Source: a virus
IMG/VR virus record: IMGVR_UViG_3300050505_000309
Span: 26,764 to 90,763 of that record
Length of the DNA: 64,000 nucleotides
Direction: 5' to 3' (one strand)
Positions 51,318 through 60,232 of the stretch are shown piece by piece. The notes under the pieces were generated by a model, which worked only from the letters and a program-made list of their open reading frames with translations, was not told where the DNA came from and ran no database searches. Position numbers and translations under genes: made by a program. Every line of letters starts with the position of its first letter. The first letter of the stretch is position 1.

Positions 51318-53433
51318 GCAGCCACGCCTTGACCTGATCGAGGACCGTGTCGGGGTTGGGGAAGTTCCGGCACACCGGCTCGGCGACCGCGCAGACGGCC
51401 TGCGACCAGTTCGGCTCGGCTCCCCAGCACGGCGTGCACCGTCGGGTCACCGCCGCCCAGTGCCCGGGGTAGAGGAAGGTCTCGACCGGCGTCGGGCCGA
51501 AGATCACGGCCACGCGGATCCCGGTGGCGGCGGCGAGGTGCACCATCCCGCCCTCGACCGCGACGAGGCCGGCGGCGTTCTCGAGCACCCACGCGGTCTG
51601 GGGCAGGCTCGCGCCCCGCCGGTCGACAGCTCCGGGCAGCGGCTCGTCTTCCGAGCCGCCGACCTGCACGACCGGCACCCCGATGCCCGCCAGGAGCTTG
51701 GCCCAGGCCTCGGCGGGCCACCGCTTCAGCCCCCCCATGACCCCGACGCCGCTCGCCGCCGCCAGGTACGGCTCGGCGGGGATCTCGCACTTCTGGCGCG
51801 GCTTGTAGATGGGCCGGATGGAGTCGCTCTCGAGATCGAGGCTCGTCAGCATCACCCGGGTGCTGTGCATCCCGAGGCTGTGCAGGCGAGGGTTCGAGTC
51901 GGTCCAGTGGTCGTAGAACCACCGATGCCGCTCGGCGAACGCGCTGGGCTTCTCCGCCCCGTAGGCCCAGGAGACATACCGGAGGTCGTAGAAGGCCTCG
52001 AACGCATCCGCGAGGCTCTCCAGGGCCACCTGCTGGGGCATGGCCTCGATGGCGACGACCTCGGCCACGGCCGGGTTCTCCTCGAAGACCGGCGCGGGCT
52101 GATTCGTGAAGACGACCACCTTCCGGCCGGTCTTGGCGGCAGCGGCCGCGATCACCGGAGTGGTCTGGAGCAGGTCTCCGAGGCCGCCGAGCTTCAGGAC
52201 GCCCAGCGCCCCCGGGTGCCGCGCGGCAGCCGCGCGCGCGGCCGCGCGCGCCTGCGGGCTCACCGGCCGTCCGATCGCGACCCGACCCGGCGTCCACGCG
52301 GACATCGCCGCCTTGAGGCCCTGGTAGGTCGCGTTCCAGTTCTTCGTCCGGGCGTAGGCCGTGCACCGGACCCGCCGACGGTCCCAGGCCGCCCGATCGT
52401 CCTTCCACTCCCGGTAGGCCCGCTCGAGCGCCTCGGCGACGTCCCAATCCGAGACCACGGCCACCTGCATGCCGAAGGTGTTCTCGACCCGGGCGGCGAC
52501 GGGGTAGAGGATCCCGCGATCCTCGGCGAGCAACTCCGGCATCGAGTAGTCCGCCGGGGCCACGGGGATGACGGCGGCGGCCATGGCCTCGAGGACCGGC
52601 AGGCAGAAGCCTTCGGCCCAGGAGGTGACCAGGAGCACGCTCGCCATGTTGTAGATCTTGTTGACGTGGTCGTCGCTCACCGTGGCGAGCGGTCCCCGGT
52701 TGTCGGGGTTGAACCACACGCGGTCGTCCTCGTCGACGCCGAGGCCCACGAGAGTCTGGCGCAGGTCCGGTCCCGGCTGGTCGTCCGGCCCGGTGCTCAC
52801 CGCCGTGTTGGCGTAGAGCAGGACGTCCGGCTTGCCCTCGGCGAAGAGCCGGAAGCCGCGCAGCGCCGTCGGGTAGTTCTTCCGGGGCGTGTTCTGGCCG
52901 TTGAGCATCACCAGGAAGGTCCGGGCGAGATCCCGGCCACAGAACTCCCCCTTCCGCTCCCCCAGCTTCCGGAAGGTGGCCATGTCGACGCCGTGGTGCA
53001 CCGCGCGGACGCTCGGACGGCCGACGGCCTGCGCACCGAACTCGCTGGTGGTCACGAGCACGTCGAAGGCGTCCAGGATCCGCTCGCACGCCAGCGGCAG
53101 CGGACGACCTTCGATGTTGAGGTACCCGACGAGCCGCCAGGGCGCGCCGGCCGCACGCTGATCGGCCAGCCACGCGAAGTCCCACGGATCCCCGATGGCG
53201 AGGATCACCTGGGGGTCGACGTGGGCGATGGTCCGGGCGAGGGACTCCGGCGCGGGCTTCACGGCCGGGTAGACCGCGTAGTCGTACTCCTCGTCGAGGC
53301 TGCCGTGGAGATCGAACCATCCGGCGACCGCCACCTCGAAGTTGTCGTCGGCGAACCGCTGCGCGAGCTCCCGCGTCACCCGGCCGAGGCCAGAGCGGAT
53401 CGCGGGGCTGTCGGAGACGATCAGCAAGCGCAT
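51310..53433 (-). CDS. two-domain glycosyltransferase (GT4-like plus GT9 heptosyltransferase-like)
   Basis: N-half SGLGRV...EGFCLPVLEAMAA; C-half GGLGDLLQTTP...KRWPAEAW...EGGMVHLAAATG...IFGPT. Confidence 0.9.
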   Translation of the reverse strand: MRLLIVSDSPAIRSGLGRVTRELAQRFADDNFEVAVAGWFDLHGSLDEEYDYAVYPAVKPAPESLARTIAHVDPQVILAIGDPWDFAWLADQRAAGAPWRLVGYLNIEGRPLPLACERILDAFDVLVTTSEFGAQAVGRPSVRAVHHGVDMATFRKLGERKGEFCGRDLARTFLVMLNGQNTPRKNYPTALRGFRLFAEGKPDVLLYANTAVSTGPDDQPGPDLRQTLVGLGVDEDDRVWFNPDNRGPLATVSDDHVNKIYNMASVLLVTSWAEGFCLPVLEAMAAAVIPVAPADYSMPELLAEDRGILYPVAARVENTFGMQVAVVSDWDVAEALERAYREWKDDRAAWDRRRVRCTAYARTKNWNATYQGLKAAMSAWTPGRVAIGRPVSPQARAAARAAAARHPGALGVLKLGGLGDLLQTTPVIAAAAAKTGRKVVVFTNQPAPVFEENPAVAEVVAIEAMPQQVALESLADAFEAFYDLRYVSWAYGAEKPSAFAERHRWFYDHWTDSNPRLHSLGMHSTRVMLTSLDLESDSIRPIYKPRQKCEIPAEPYLAAASGVGVMGGLKRWPAEAWAKLLAGIGVPVVQVGGSEDEPLPGAVDRRGASLPQTAWVLENAAGLVAVEGGMVHLAAATGIRVAVIFGPTPVETFLYPGHWAAVTRRCTPCWGAEPNWSQAVCAVAEPVCRNFPNPDTVLDQVKAWLHD

Positions 53434-53436
53434 GGG

Positions 53437-53850
53437 CTACTCGCGCTGAAGGTCCGCGTGCGGCGATTTGACTCCGGCGTAGAGCAGGATGGCCTCGAGG
53501 GCGAAGCGGAGCGCGTACGACCGTCCGTTTTGCTTCGCCAGCGACAGGATCTCCTGGACGACGCGCTTGCTCGGCCGGTGCTCGACGATGGAGCGGAACA
53601 CCTGCTCATCGCGCGCGTAGAGATAGGCGGCCGCCGACGGCGGCGCGGCGTTCTTGCGCGGGACGGTCTGGACCGAGCCATCCGGGTTGAGCCGGACGAG
53701 GTTGCCGAGGCTCTCGTACCGCTCGGCCTCGGCGAGGGTGAGCGGGGGCAGAGGATCGGCGGGGCCATAGGTGAGGCCCTCGTGCCGGAGCGAGCCCCGG
53801 ACGCGCCATTCCTTCGGATCGATGACGTCCGTATGTTCCGTCGTGTCCAT
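53437..53850 (-). CDS. hypothetical capsid-adjacent protein (137 aa)
   Basis: GGAGGA SD; LRHEGLTYGP motif. Confidence 0.7.
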   Translation of the reverse strand: MDTTEHTDVIDPKEWRVRGSLRHEGLTYGPADPLPPLTLAEAERYESLGNLVRLNPDGSVQTVPRKNAAPPSAAAYLYARDEQVFRSIVEHRPSKRVVQEILSLAKQNGRSYALRFALEAILLYAGVKSPHADLQRE

Positions 53851-53882
53851 GTGGTCCTCCCGTGCGTGCGATGTGGTGCAAC

Positions 53883-53913
53883 CGCCCGGCGGCTCGAGAT
53901 CGGCCGCCGGGCG
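53883..53913 (-). terminator. GC-rich hairpin after the major capsid gene
   Basis: Perfect 11-bp stem CGCCCGGCGGC/GCCGCCGGGCG, 9-nt loop, no U-tract. Confidence 0.5.
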
Positions 53914-53925
53914 CGCGCTTCAGCT

Positions 53926-54927
53926 CTAGGTCAGGGTCGGCGTGATGTAGCTCGCGCCGAGGCCGAACTGCACCACGGCTCCGGCCCCGCGCTGGAAGAC
54001 CTTCACGCCCATCCAGCGATCCCAGAAGGACTCGATCAGGGGGTAGTCGTTCATCGGACCCGGGTGCAGGGTCAGGCCGCGCATGTTGGCCGGCTCGAAG
54101 AAGATCAGCGGCCGCCCCGTCTCGGCGGTGCTGCCCTCGACGAAGAGGATGTAGCCGTTCGGGATCATCTCGGTGGAGTGGAAGGTCACCCCGAACACGG
54201 TGAAGACGTCGTTGAAGCCCTCCACCGCGGTCTGGTCGGTCAGCGGCGACCGCACGATGGCGGACTGCACGAACGACGCGAGATCCTCGAGCTTCTGGAC
54301 CGTGTCGCTGTTGCAGAACGCCATGATGCTGCCCTTGTGCCCGTGCTCCCGGATCGTCTGCTTCACGTCGGTGATGTCCGTGAAGGCGAGCGAGCCGTTC
54401 TTCACGATGTAGTGCGAGTGCCCGGACACGAACGTGTTCTGCTGGTACTGGGGCGGCGCGGTGATCTTCTCCTCGGAGGCGAACTGCCCGTTGTAGAACG
54501 AGTAGAGCGAGTTGCTGCTCTGCGCGTCCGCGCCGGACAACATCACCTGGAGGAACTGCATGAGGACGTTTTCCGGGTCCTCCTGCATCGGGCGGTTCAG
54601 GTCCATCATCACTTCTCGGCCGGTCGACCGGCGCAGCGTGTCGAGATCCGTGCCCACGCCGTAGCCGTACTTGGTCACGGTGGGGTAGGTCGTCGCCACG
54701 TCGACGGTCTTGCGGCTCGGCCGCTCGCTCGGCGCGAGGACCTGGAAGCCGTTCTTCTGGCTGATGCCGTACTTCATGATCTGCTCGGGCCAGGGCATCG
54801 CCAGCATGTTGATCAGCGGTAGCTCGACCCGCCGGTAGAGGTCGATGGCATTCGCAATGCCCGCGCCCCCGTACCAGATGTCGTTCAGATCGATTCCATC
54901 CATCGTCCTGTAGCCTTGCGGCGACAT
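53926..54927 (-). CDS. major capsid protein
   Basis: 333 aa, after scaffold and decoration genes, strong SD AGAGGAG, downstream hairpin; HK97-like features (YGYGVGTD, GVKV..RGAGAV). Confidence 0.85.
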   Translation of the reverse strand: MSPQGYRTMDGIDLNDIWYGGAGIANAIDLYRRVELPLINMLAMPWPEQIMKYGISQKNGFQVLAPSERPSRKTVDVATTYPTVTKYGYGVGTDLDTLRRSTGREVMMDLNRPMQEDPENVLMQFLQVMLSGADAQSSNSLYSFYNGQFASEEKITAPPQYQQNTFVSGHSHYIVKNGSLAFTDITDVKQTIREHGHKGSIMAFCNSDTVQKLEDLASFVQSAIVRSPLTDQTAVEGFNDVFTVFGVTFHSTEMIPNGYILFVEGSTAETGRPLIFFEPANMRGLTLHPGPMNDYPLIESFWDRWMGVKVFQRGAGAVVQFGLGASYITPTLT

Positions 54928-54994
54928 AGGTCAGTTCTCCTCTCTGGGTGGTGGACTCAGAATCCGTAGTCGGTCACGGCAGCGTCACGCCGGA

Positions 54995-55444
54995 CTAGGC
55001 GTGGATGACCTCCTGGCCGATGTCGATCTCGAGCTCGTCGGCCGAGACGGCATACCCGACCTTGATGTCGACGTCGCTCGTGGCCGACGCGGGCTTCGTC
55101 GCCGAGATCCCGCCACCCGAGTGCAGGTAGTAGGTCGCACCAGGCGTCAGCGCGGCCCCGTTGCGATCGGTGATGCCCTTGATGCGGCCGAGGAACGTGA
55201 ACGATCCCTGCTTGACCGTATCGAGGGTGTTACCCTTCGGATCCTTCATCAGCGCGTCCTGCAACGACGCGCCGCGAGGCACCACCGGACCCTGCGAAGC
55301 CCGATAGTCCGCCGGCTTGATCTTGCCGTTGGCATCGAGGCCGACGAACACCCCTTGCAGGATGCTCGAAGCCGAGGACGCCAGAATCGGCGCACCGACC
55401 ACGGCGATGGCCGGGTACTGGGAGATCTTCTTGGTCTGGGCCAT
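54995..55444 (-). CDS. capsid decoration/cement protein
   Basis: 149 aa beta-rich, LTPGATYYL..GG...VGYAVSADE pattern; precedes MCP. Confidence 0.75.
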   Translation of the reverse strand: MAQTKKISQYPAIAVVGAPILASSASSILQGVFVGLDANGKIKPADYRASQGPVVPRGASLQDALMKDPKGNTLDTVKQGSFTFLGRIKGITDRNGAALTPGATYYLHSGGGISATKPASATSDVDIKVGYAVSADELEIDIGQEVIHA

Positions 55445-55476
55445 GAGTCTTCACCTCTCCTTTCGTGGTCGGTGGA

Positions 55477-57297
55477 CTACCGCACCCGCCTGGGGCCGGT
55501 GGCAGCGGGGAACGACGACGCGATCGCCTTCTCGTCGATGGGCTTGCGCAGCCCGTCCTCGCCCTGGCCCTGACCAGCCATCAGCGGGACGACGCCCTTG
55601 CCGCCGGAGATCAACTCCTTGAACTCGGCGGAAGTCAGCGGGACCTTGGCCTCGGCCAGCTTGGTGACCAGGGCCGCGCGCTTCTCCTCCTTGAGTTGCT
55701 CGTCGGTCAGGCCGTAGTCCGCCTTGAGGCTCGCCACGGTCTCGGCGTGCTTGGTCTTGGTCTCGATCTCGGCGAGCTGCGTGGCCTTGACCGTGAGCTC
55801 GGCCTTGGTGCCCTCGACCGACGCGGTCAGCTCGACGATCTTGTTGGCCGCCTCGACTTCCTTGGTCTTGGCCGCCTCGATCGCCTTGTCCTGCTCGGCG
55901 ATCTTCGCCGCCAGCTCCGTCAGCTTCGCGGCCATGTTCTTCTTGCTCTGCGGGTCGGTGTCCTCGGCCATCTGCGCCTTCAGCTCATCGAGCTGCTTGG
56001 TGTACTCGGCTCGAAGCGCGGCGATGATGCCGTCGACGGTGGCCTCCTGCTCTGCGGGGATCCCGGGGTATTTCATGCTGGCTCCTCCCTCCTTGGTCTG
56101 GGTCCACTTGCCGTTGGACTTCGTGTAGCCCTTTGCCCAGTCGTCTCCCGCGGCCTTCGCCTTCGAGATGATCTTGTTGGCCACCTCGCTACGCTCGGCT
56201 TCGGAGAGGCCCTTCGCCTGTGACAACCGCGCCCACGCGTTCTTCCGGTGGGCTTCGTCCTGGATGGGGAATCGACGCACCTTCTTGCCGTCGACCGTCT
56301 GAATGAGTGCGAAGTCGCTGTCGGACAGGTTCTCGCGCTGCTGGTAGGACAGCTTGTCTGCGGTGCTGAATGAGGTCGCGCCCTTCAGGTACGCGAGGAG
56401 GCGGGAGACCTCCTCCTCGTCCATCACGTCGAAGGTCGTATCCGGATCCGCCGAGGCCACGAGCAACTGGGTCTCGGGGTGCGCGGCCGAGGCTTTCTTC
56501 AGGATCGCCCCGCCGGAGAACTCGTAGTGGCCGATCTCGATGACGTTGGCCCCGATGCGGTCGGCGCTCGCCGCGAGATACTGGATCTCGTAGCTGGCCC
56601 CGAGTTGGGCCTGCTTCTTCTGGATCTCCTCGACCTCGTCCGGAAAGTCGTTCTTCCAGAGCGTGCCGATCGCCCGGAGGGTCATGGTGCCGTCGTCGTT
56701 CGGGATCCCCACGCCGCCGAGGAACGTCCCGATCGGCTTCGGAGCCTTGCCCGCCTCGAAGTGGGCGTCCAGGTCGGTCGTGATGTGGATCGGCTTCGAG
56801 ATCAGCGTCGGCAGCGCGGCCTCGAGCCCCTTCGTGGCGAGCTGATACTTCAGCTTGCCCGCGTGCTTGCTGGGCCGGCCGACGGAGGTGAGATCGAAGA
56901 CGACGAGGTGGGTGTTCGGCGAGTTCTTGATGGTGGAGAAGAGCGGGTTGTTCTCCGTCACCTCGGTCAGGAGCGCCTGGGCATCCGCCCCGAAGGCCAC
57001 CGTGCTCGCCCGGAACTCGACCCGCTCCTCCAGGACCTTGGCGTCGGCCTCGAGCAGGTTGACCGGCTCCCCCAGTTCGACGCTGTCATCGGGGCCGATC
57101 GTGTAGGGCACCTTGTAGAGCGCCTTCACGCCGTTGACGGCGATCTTGGCGATGCAGAACCCGTCGTAGACGTCCATGAGCGCGCACCACGAGCCGTACT
57201 CGCCCGGCTGTCCGGGGTACTCCTCGTCGAGCTCGCTCCAGAGCGCAGACCGCAGCTCGTCGTGGCTCATCGTCGCGGTCCGGAATTGCTTACGCAT
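55477..57297 (-). CDS. prohead protease-scaffold fusion with internal DUF6582-like module
   Basis: N-terminal module, protease-like middle (HFEAG, GASYE, FSGGAIL), LSDSDFAL...RFPIQDEAH..NAWARL, long C-terminal coiled coil. Confidence 0.8.
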   Translation of the reverse strand: MRKQFRTATMSHDELRSALWSELDEEYPGQPGEYGSWCALMDVYDGFCIAKIAVNGVKALYKVPYTIGPDDSVELGEPVNLLEADAKVLEERVEFRASTVAFGADAQALLTEVTENNPLFSTIKNSPNTHLVVFDLTSVGRPSKHAGKLKYQLATKGLEAALPTLISKPIHITTDLDAHFEAGKAPKPIGTFLGGVGIPNDDGTMTLRAIGTLWKNDFPDEVEEIQKKQAQLGASYEIQYLAASADRIGANVIEIGHYEFSGGAILKKASAAHPETQLLVASADPDTTFDVMDEEEVSRLLAYLKGATSFSTADKLSYQQRENLSDSDFALIQTVDGKKVRRFPIQDEAHRKNAWARLSQAKGLSEAERSEVANKIISKAKAAGDDWAKGYTKSNGKWTQTKEGGASMKYPGIPAEQEATVDGIIAALRAEYTKQLDELKAQMAEDTDPQSKKNMAAKLTELAAKIAEQDKAIEAAKTKEVEAANKIVELTASVEGTKAELTVKATQLAEIETKTKHAETVASLKADYGLTDEQLKEEKRAALVTKLAEAKVPLTSAEFKELISGGKGVVPLMAGQGQGEDGLRKPIDEKAIASSFPAATGPRRVR

Positions 57298-57311
57298 CTC
57301 GTCGCCTCCAC

Positions 57312-57355
57312 AAGAAAAAAGCCAGCGGGCCGGGTGTTCTCGGCTCGCTGGCTTT
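57312..57355 (-). terminator. intrinsic terminator immediately upstream of the head protease RBS
   Basis: 12-bp stem (one mismatch) GCCAGCGAGCCG/CGGCCCGCTGGC followed by TTTTTTCTT, then GGAGG and ATG. Confidence 0.75.
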
Positions 57356-57405
57356 GGGCTGAGCTCGTCCGCTCGGGCGGACGCCGATGGATTAGGCGCG
57401 GCTGG

Positions 57406-57615
57406 CTATCGTCGGAGTGTCTGCCCTCCGATGGTGACGGCTCCGTTCAAGAGCAAACCGCCCTTCTTGGTCTCGCTCAGGAAGTACTTCCGCCCGTTGA
57501 ACTCGATCAGCATCGGGAGATCGGAAGAATGAAACACGGTGCTCGTCACGGCGGTCACTTCTTCAGGAGGTCGCACGCCGGTGTGTGGCGACGGCGCGTA
57601 TCCGGTGAGTGCCAT
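57406..57615 (-). CDS. HemP-like small protein
   Basis: LIEFNGRKYFLSETKKGGLLLN resembles the HemP core (IxHxGxxYxLxxTxxGKLIL). Confidence 0.55.
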   Translation of the reverse strand: MALTGYAPSPHTGVRPPEEVTAVTSTVFHSSDLPMLIEFNGRKYFLSETKKGGLLLNGAVTIGGQTLRR

Positions 57616-57623
57616 TGACGGCG

Positions 57624-57653
57624 ACCGTAGCAATCCGTTGAAGCGCAAGTCAA
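57624..57653 (-). promoter_or_regulatory. sigma70-type promoter (extended -10)
   Basis: TTGACT (57648-57653) - 18 nt - TGc-TACGGT (57624-57629), AT-rich UP-like tract upstream. Confidence 0.6.
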
Positions 57654-57680
57654 TTTTCGTGAGAATTGTGAGAAAGAATT

Positions 57681-57881
57681 TTACTGGGGCTCTTGACTGT
57701 CCAGTTGGAACGCGCGGCGAAATTCCACGATCGGCACCCGGATCACGCCGCCGATGATCCGTGAGGGAATGCTGCCGTCCTCGATCCGACGGTAGGCCGT
57801 CGCGAGCGAGATCCGGAGGATCCGGGCGACCTCATCGACGCGATAGAAGTGCGGCGCTGGGAGTCTCGTACCACTCGTCAT
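57681..57881 (-). CDS. excisionase-like HTH_17 DNA-binding protein
   Basis: YRVDEVARILRISLATAYRRIEDGSIPSRIIGGVIRVP. Confidence 0.88.
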   Translation of the reverse strand: MTSGTRLPAPHFYRVDEVARILRISLATAYRRIEDGSIPSRIIGGVIRVPIVEFRRAFQLDSQEPQ

Positions 57882-58966
57882 ACGGCGAGGGCCTCCGCGA
57901 GCTTAGTGCCGATGTTATAAGGCAAAAGATGGGTGAGGTCGGGGATGATCTTCGGCTGCCGGCCGCGCATGAACGCGGCGTGCATGAGCTCGGCGGCGTG
58001 CAGCACATCCGGCTCCGCCCAGAGCATCCGGCCGTTGAAGTGGGAGTAGCGCTGCATCACCGGCGTCATGCGGTAGCGGACGAAGCTCGAGTTCGCTGGC
58101 GGCAGGAAATCGAGTTGCCCGCCGTACCCTGTCGAGATGACATGATTGCCGACCGCCGCCGCGTCGAGCATCGGAATCCCGTAGGCTTCCCCCTTCGCCA
58201 GCGAGACGTAGCACTGCCCGCGCTGATGGAGCGCCCAGAGATGCGCGGGGCTCATCCGCCCGCCGATCACGCGGATCGTGGGGGCATCCGACAGCCCCAT
58301 CGCCTGCACAACGGCGTTCGCGGACCCGGCGGCCTGCGCCACCGCCTTGTCGGCATCGGGGCCACTCACCTTGAGCACGAGCATGACGTCGTCGCGATCG
58401 GTGAACGCCTGGCAGAACGCCGCGATCAGCCCGAACGGATTCTTCCGGTCCTGCCAGGTGAGCAGGCTGTAGAAGATGTAGGTCTCCTCGCCGACGTCGT
58501 CGATGCCCTGCAAGGGCAGCTCGTCGATGAAGCGCGGCACCTCCACCGGGATCGGCACGACCTCGGCCTTGAGGCCCGCGCGCTCGAACACCGCCGCGTT
58601 GTGCTGCGACGGCACGATCACCCGCTTGACCGACTGGCACCCGGCGAGCGTGGTCGGGTGGAGGCGATCGGTCTCCCAGCACATGAGCCCGACGCGCGGG
58701 ATCCACGGCGGGATCTCCTGAATCTGAATGCCCGCGAGGTCCGCACCCGTGACACAGAGCGCGTGGACGTCCGGCGGCCCGACGCGCCGGAGCCCGCCAA
58801 AGATCTGAAGGTCCGCCGTCGGAGGGATCTGCCAGCCGCCGTCGGCCAGGATCGCCCCCGGCGTGACGTCGAGCCCGTCGGTCTGAAGTAACGCGAAGAG
58901 GTAGCGCCGGGTCATCTCCCCGTAGCCGCTCGAGTCGAAGAAGAAGCCGCTATAGGCCAGGCGCAC
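57878..58966 (-). CDS. GT4-family glycosyltransferase
   Basis: SSGYG, WETDRL, DRKNPFGL, LVLKV, GEAYGIPMLDA motifs. Confidence 0.9.
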   Translation of the reverse strand: MRLAYSGFFFDSSGYGEMTRRYLFALLQTDGLDVTPGAILADGGWQIPPTADLQIFGGLRRVGPPDVHALCVTGADLAGIQIQEIPPWIPRVGLMCWETDRLHPTTLAGCQSVKRVIVPSQHNAAVFERAGLKAEVVPIPVEVPRFIDELPLQGIDDVGEETYIFYSLLTWQDRKNPFGLIAAFCQAFTDRDDVMLVLKVSGPDADKAVAQAAGSANAVVQAMGLSDAPTIRVIGGRMSPAHLWALHQRGQCYVSLAKGEAYGIPMLDAAAVGNHVISTGYGGQLDFLPPANSSFVRYRMTPVMQRYSHFNGRMLWAEPDVLHAAELMHAAFMRGRQPKIIPDLTHLLPYNIGTKLAEALAV

Positions 58967-59654
58967 GGCGGCCTCCCAGGATGTAGTCCTTCCACTTTTC
59001 CATGAACCTCGCCTGATTCTTCGCGAAGTAGTGCGCGTGCTCCGGAAGTTGGCCGCTGTGGAGCGTCTGGCTGTGGAAGTGACAGGTGACGGCGTCGCCC
59101 AGCGTCCCGCGCGGCACGCCGAGCTGCTCCGCCCGGCAGTCCCAGTCCTGGTCCTCGAAGTAGGCCGGCCAATACCCCTCGTCGAACGGCCCCACCTTGG
59201 CATAGACCGCGCGGGAGAGCAGGAAGCACGAGTAGTCGACCGGGAGCTGATAGGTCGGAGTCCGCTCGACCAGATACAGCGCGTTGATCGCCGCCACGCT
59301 GTGGGCGGAGACCACCCCGAGGTGCTTGTTGTACCCGCGCTCGAGCGCGTCAACGGTATCGGCCGCCAGGATCACGTCGTTGTTCATCACGAGGGCCTTG
59401 AGGTGCCCGTCCTCGAAGGCCGTCTCGAGCCCGCGGTTCCAGGCTGCCGCGACGCCGAGGTTCTGCCCGAAGGCGGTGACCACGATCGGCCGCCCCTTCC
59501 GCCGCTGTTCCTCGAGCCAGTCGAGCGTTCCGTCGGTCGACCCGTTGTCGATCACGTAGATGCAGTCGCCAGGCCGGACCGCGATCGAGGTGATCGCCTG
59601 CCGCGTGAAGTGCAGGCAGTTCATCGTCGGGATGACGAAGGCGAGCCGCCTCAT
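58950..59654 (-). CDS. GT2-family glycosyltransferase
   Basis: VIPTMN, IDNGSTDGT, NLGVAAAWNRG, MNND, FDEGY..YFEDQD. Confidence 0.92.
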   Translation of the reverse strand: MRRLAFVIPTMNCLHFTRQAITSIAVRPGDCIYVIDNGSTDGTLDWLEEQRRKGRPIVVTAFGQNLGVAAAWNRGLETAFEDGHLKALVMNNDVILAADTVDALERGYNKHLGVVSAHSVAAINALYLVERTPTYQLPVDYSCFLLSRAVYAKVGPFDEGYWPAYFEDQDWDCRAEQLGVPRGTLGDAVTCHFHSQTLHSGQLPEHAHYFAKNQARFMEKWKDYILGGRRAPGL

Positions 59655-60232
59655 GGCTTCCAGAGCACCCCGAGCCCGTAGGTCGTCGGGATCTCCCGCC
59701 AGATGTATCCCTCGTGCTTGGCCACCCAGTCCCGGACGGCCTGCCCCACCTGGATCTCCGGCCGCGCGGGCACGGTGTCGTGGAAGACGGCCACCCCGCC
59801 CGGCGTGAGCGCCACCTGGACGTAGGTGTCCAGCCACTCCACGGTCTGCTCGTAGGTGTGCGGGTCCGTGTCGATGAAGAGGAAGTCCGGCTCCGGCCCC
59901 GGGAAGGCCTGCTGCCCGGTCATCTGAAGGAACCGGCAGTACCGCTGGTGCAGGATCGGCTTGATGAAGGCGAGGCACCCGGGATCCGGATCGATCGTCA
60001 GGAACTCAGCCCCCACGAGCTCGGCGGCCAGCCGTAGCGTCCGCGTGCTCGTGCCCTGCCGGGTCCCCAGCTCCACCATCCGCTTCGGCTCGACCTCGCA
60101 GACCAGCGCCCAGAGCAGCGGGACGTCGTCCTGGACGTCGCTGCCCGCCGCGTGCTGGATCGCTTCGCCGAGCGGCGGCCAGGCCTCCGTGAACTGCCAG
60201 GCCTCGGTCCACTCCCGTGGATCCCGCTTCAC
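59651..60232 (-). CDS. class I SAM O-methyltransferase (Methyltransf_24-like)
   Basis: MVELGTRQGTST, FLFIDTDPH, GGVAVFHDT; GTGA overlap start. Confidence 0.9.
   Translation of the reverse strand: MKRDPREWTEAWQFTEAWPPLGEAIQHAAGSDVQDDVPLLWALVCEVEPKRMVELGTRQGTSTRTLRLAAELVGAEFLTIDPDPGCLAFIKPILHQRYCRFLQMTGQQAFPGPEPDFLFIDTDPHTYEQTVEWLDTYVQVALTPGGVAVFHDTVPARPEIQVGQAVRDWVAKHEGYIWREIPTTYGLGVLWKP

Noticed and set aside
50887-54822. 1311-aa + strand ORF
   Set aside because: Shadow of the MCP and GT4-GT9 genes; no RBS or domain signal
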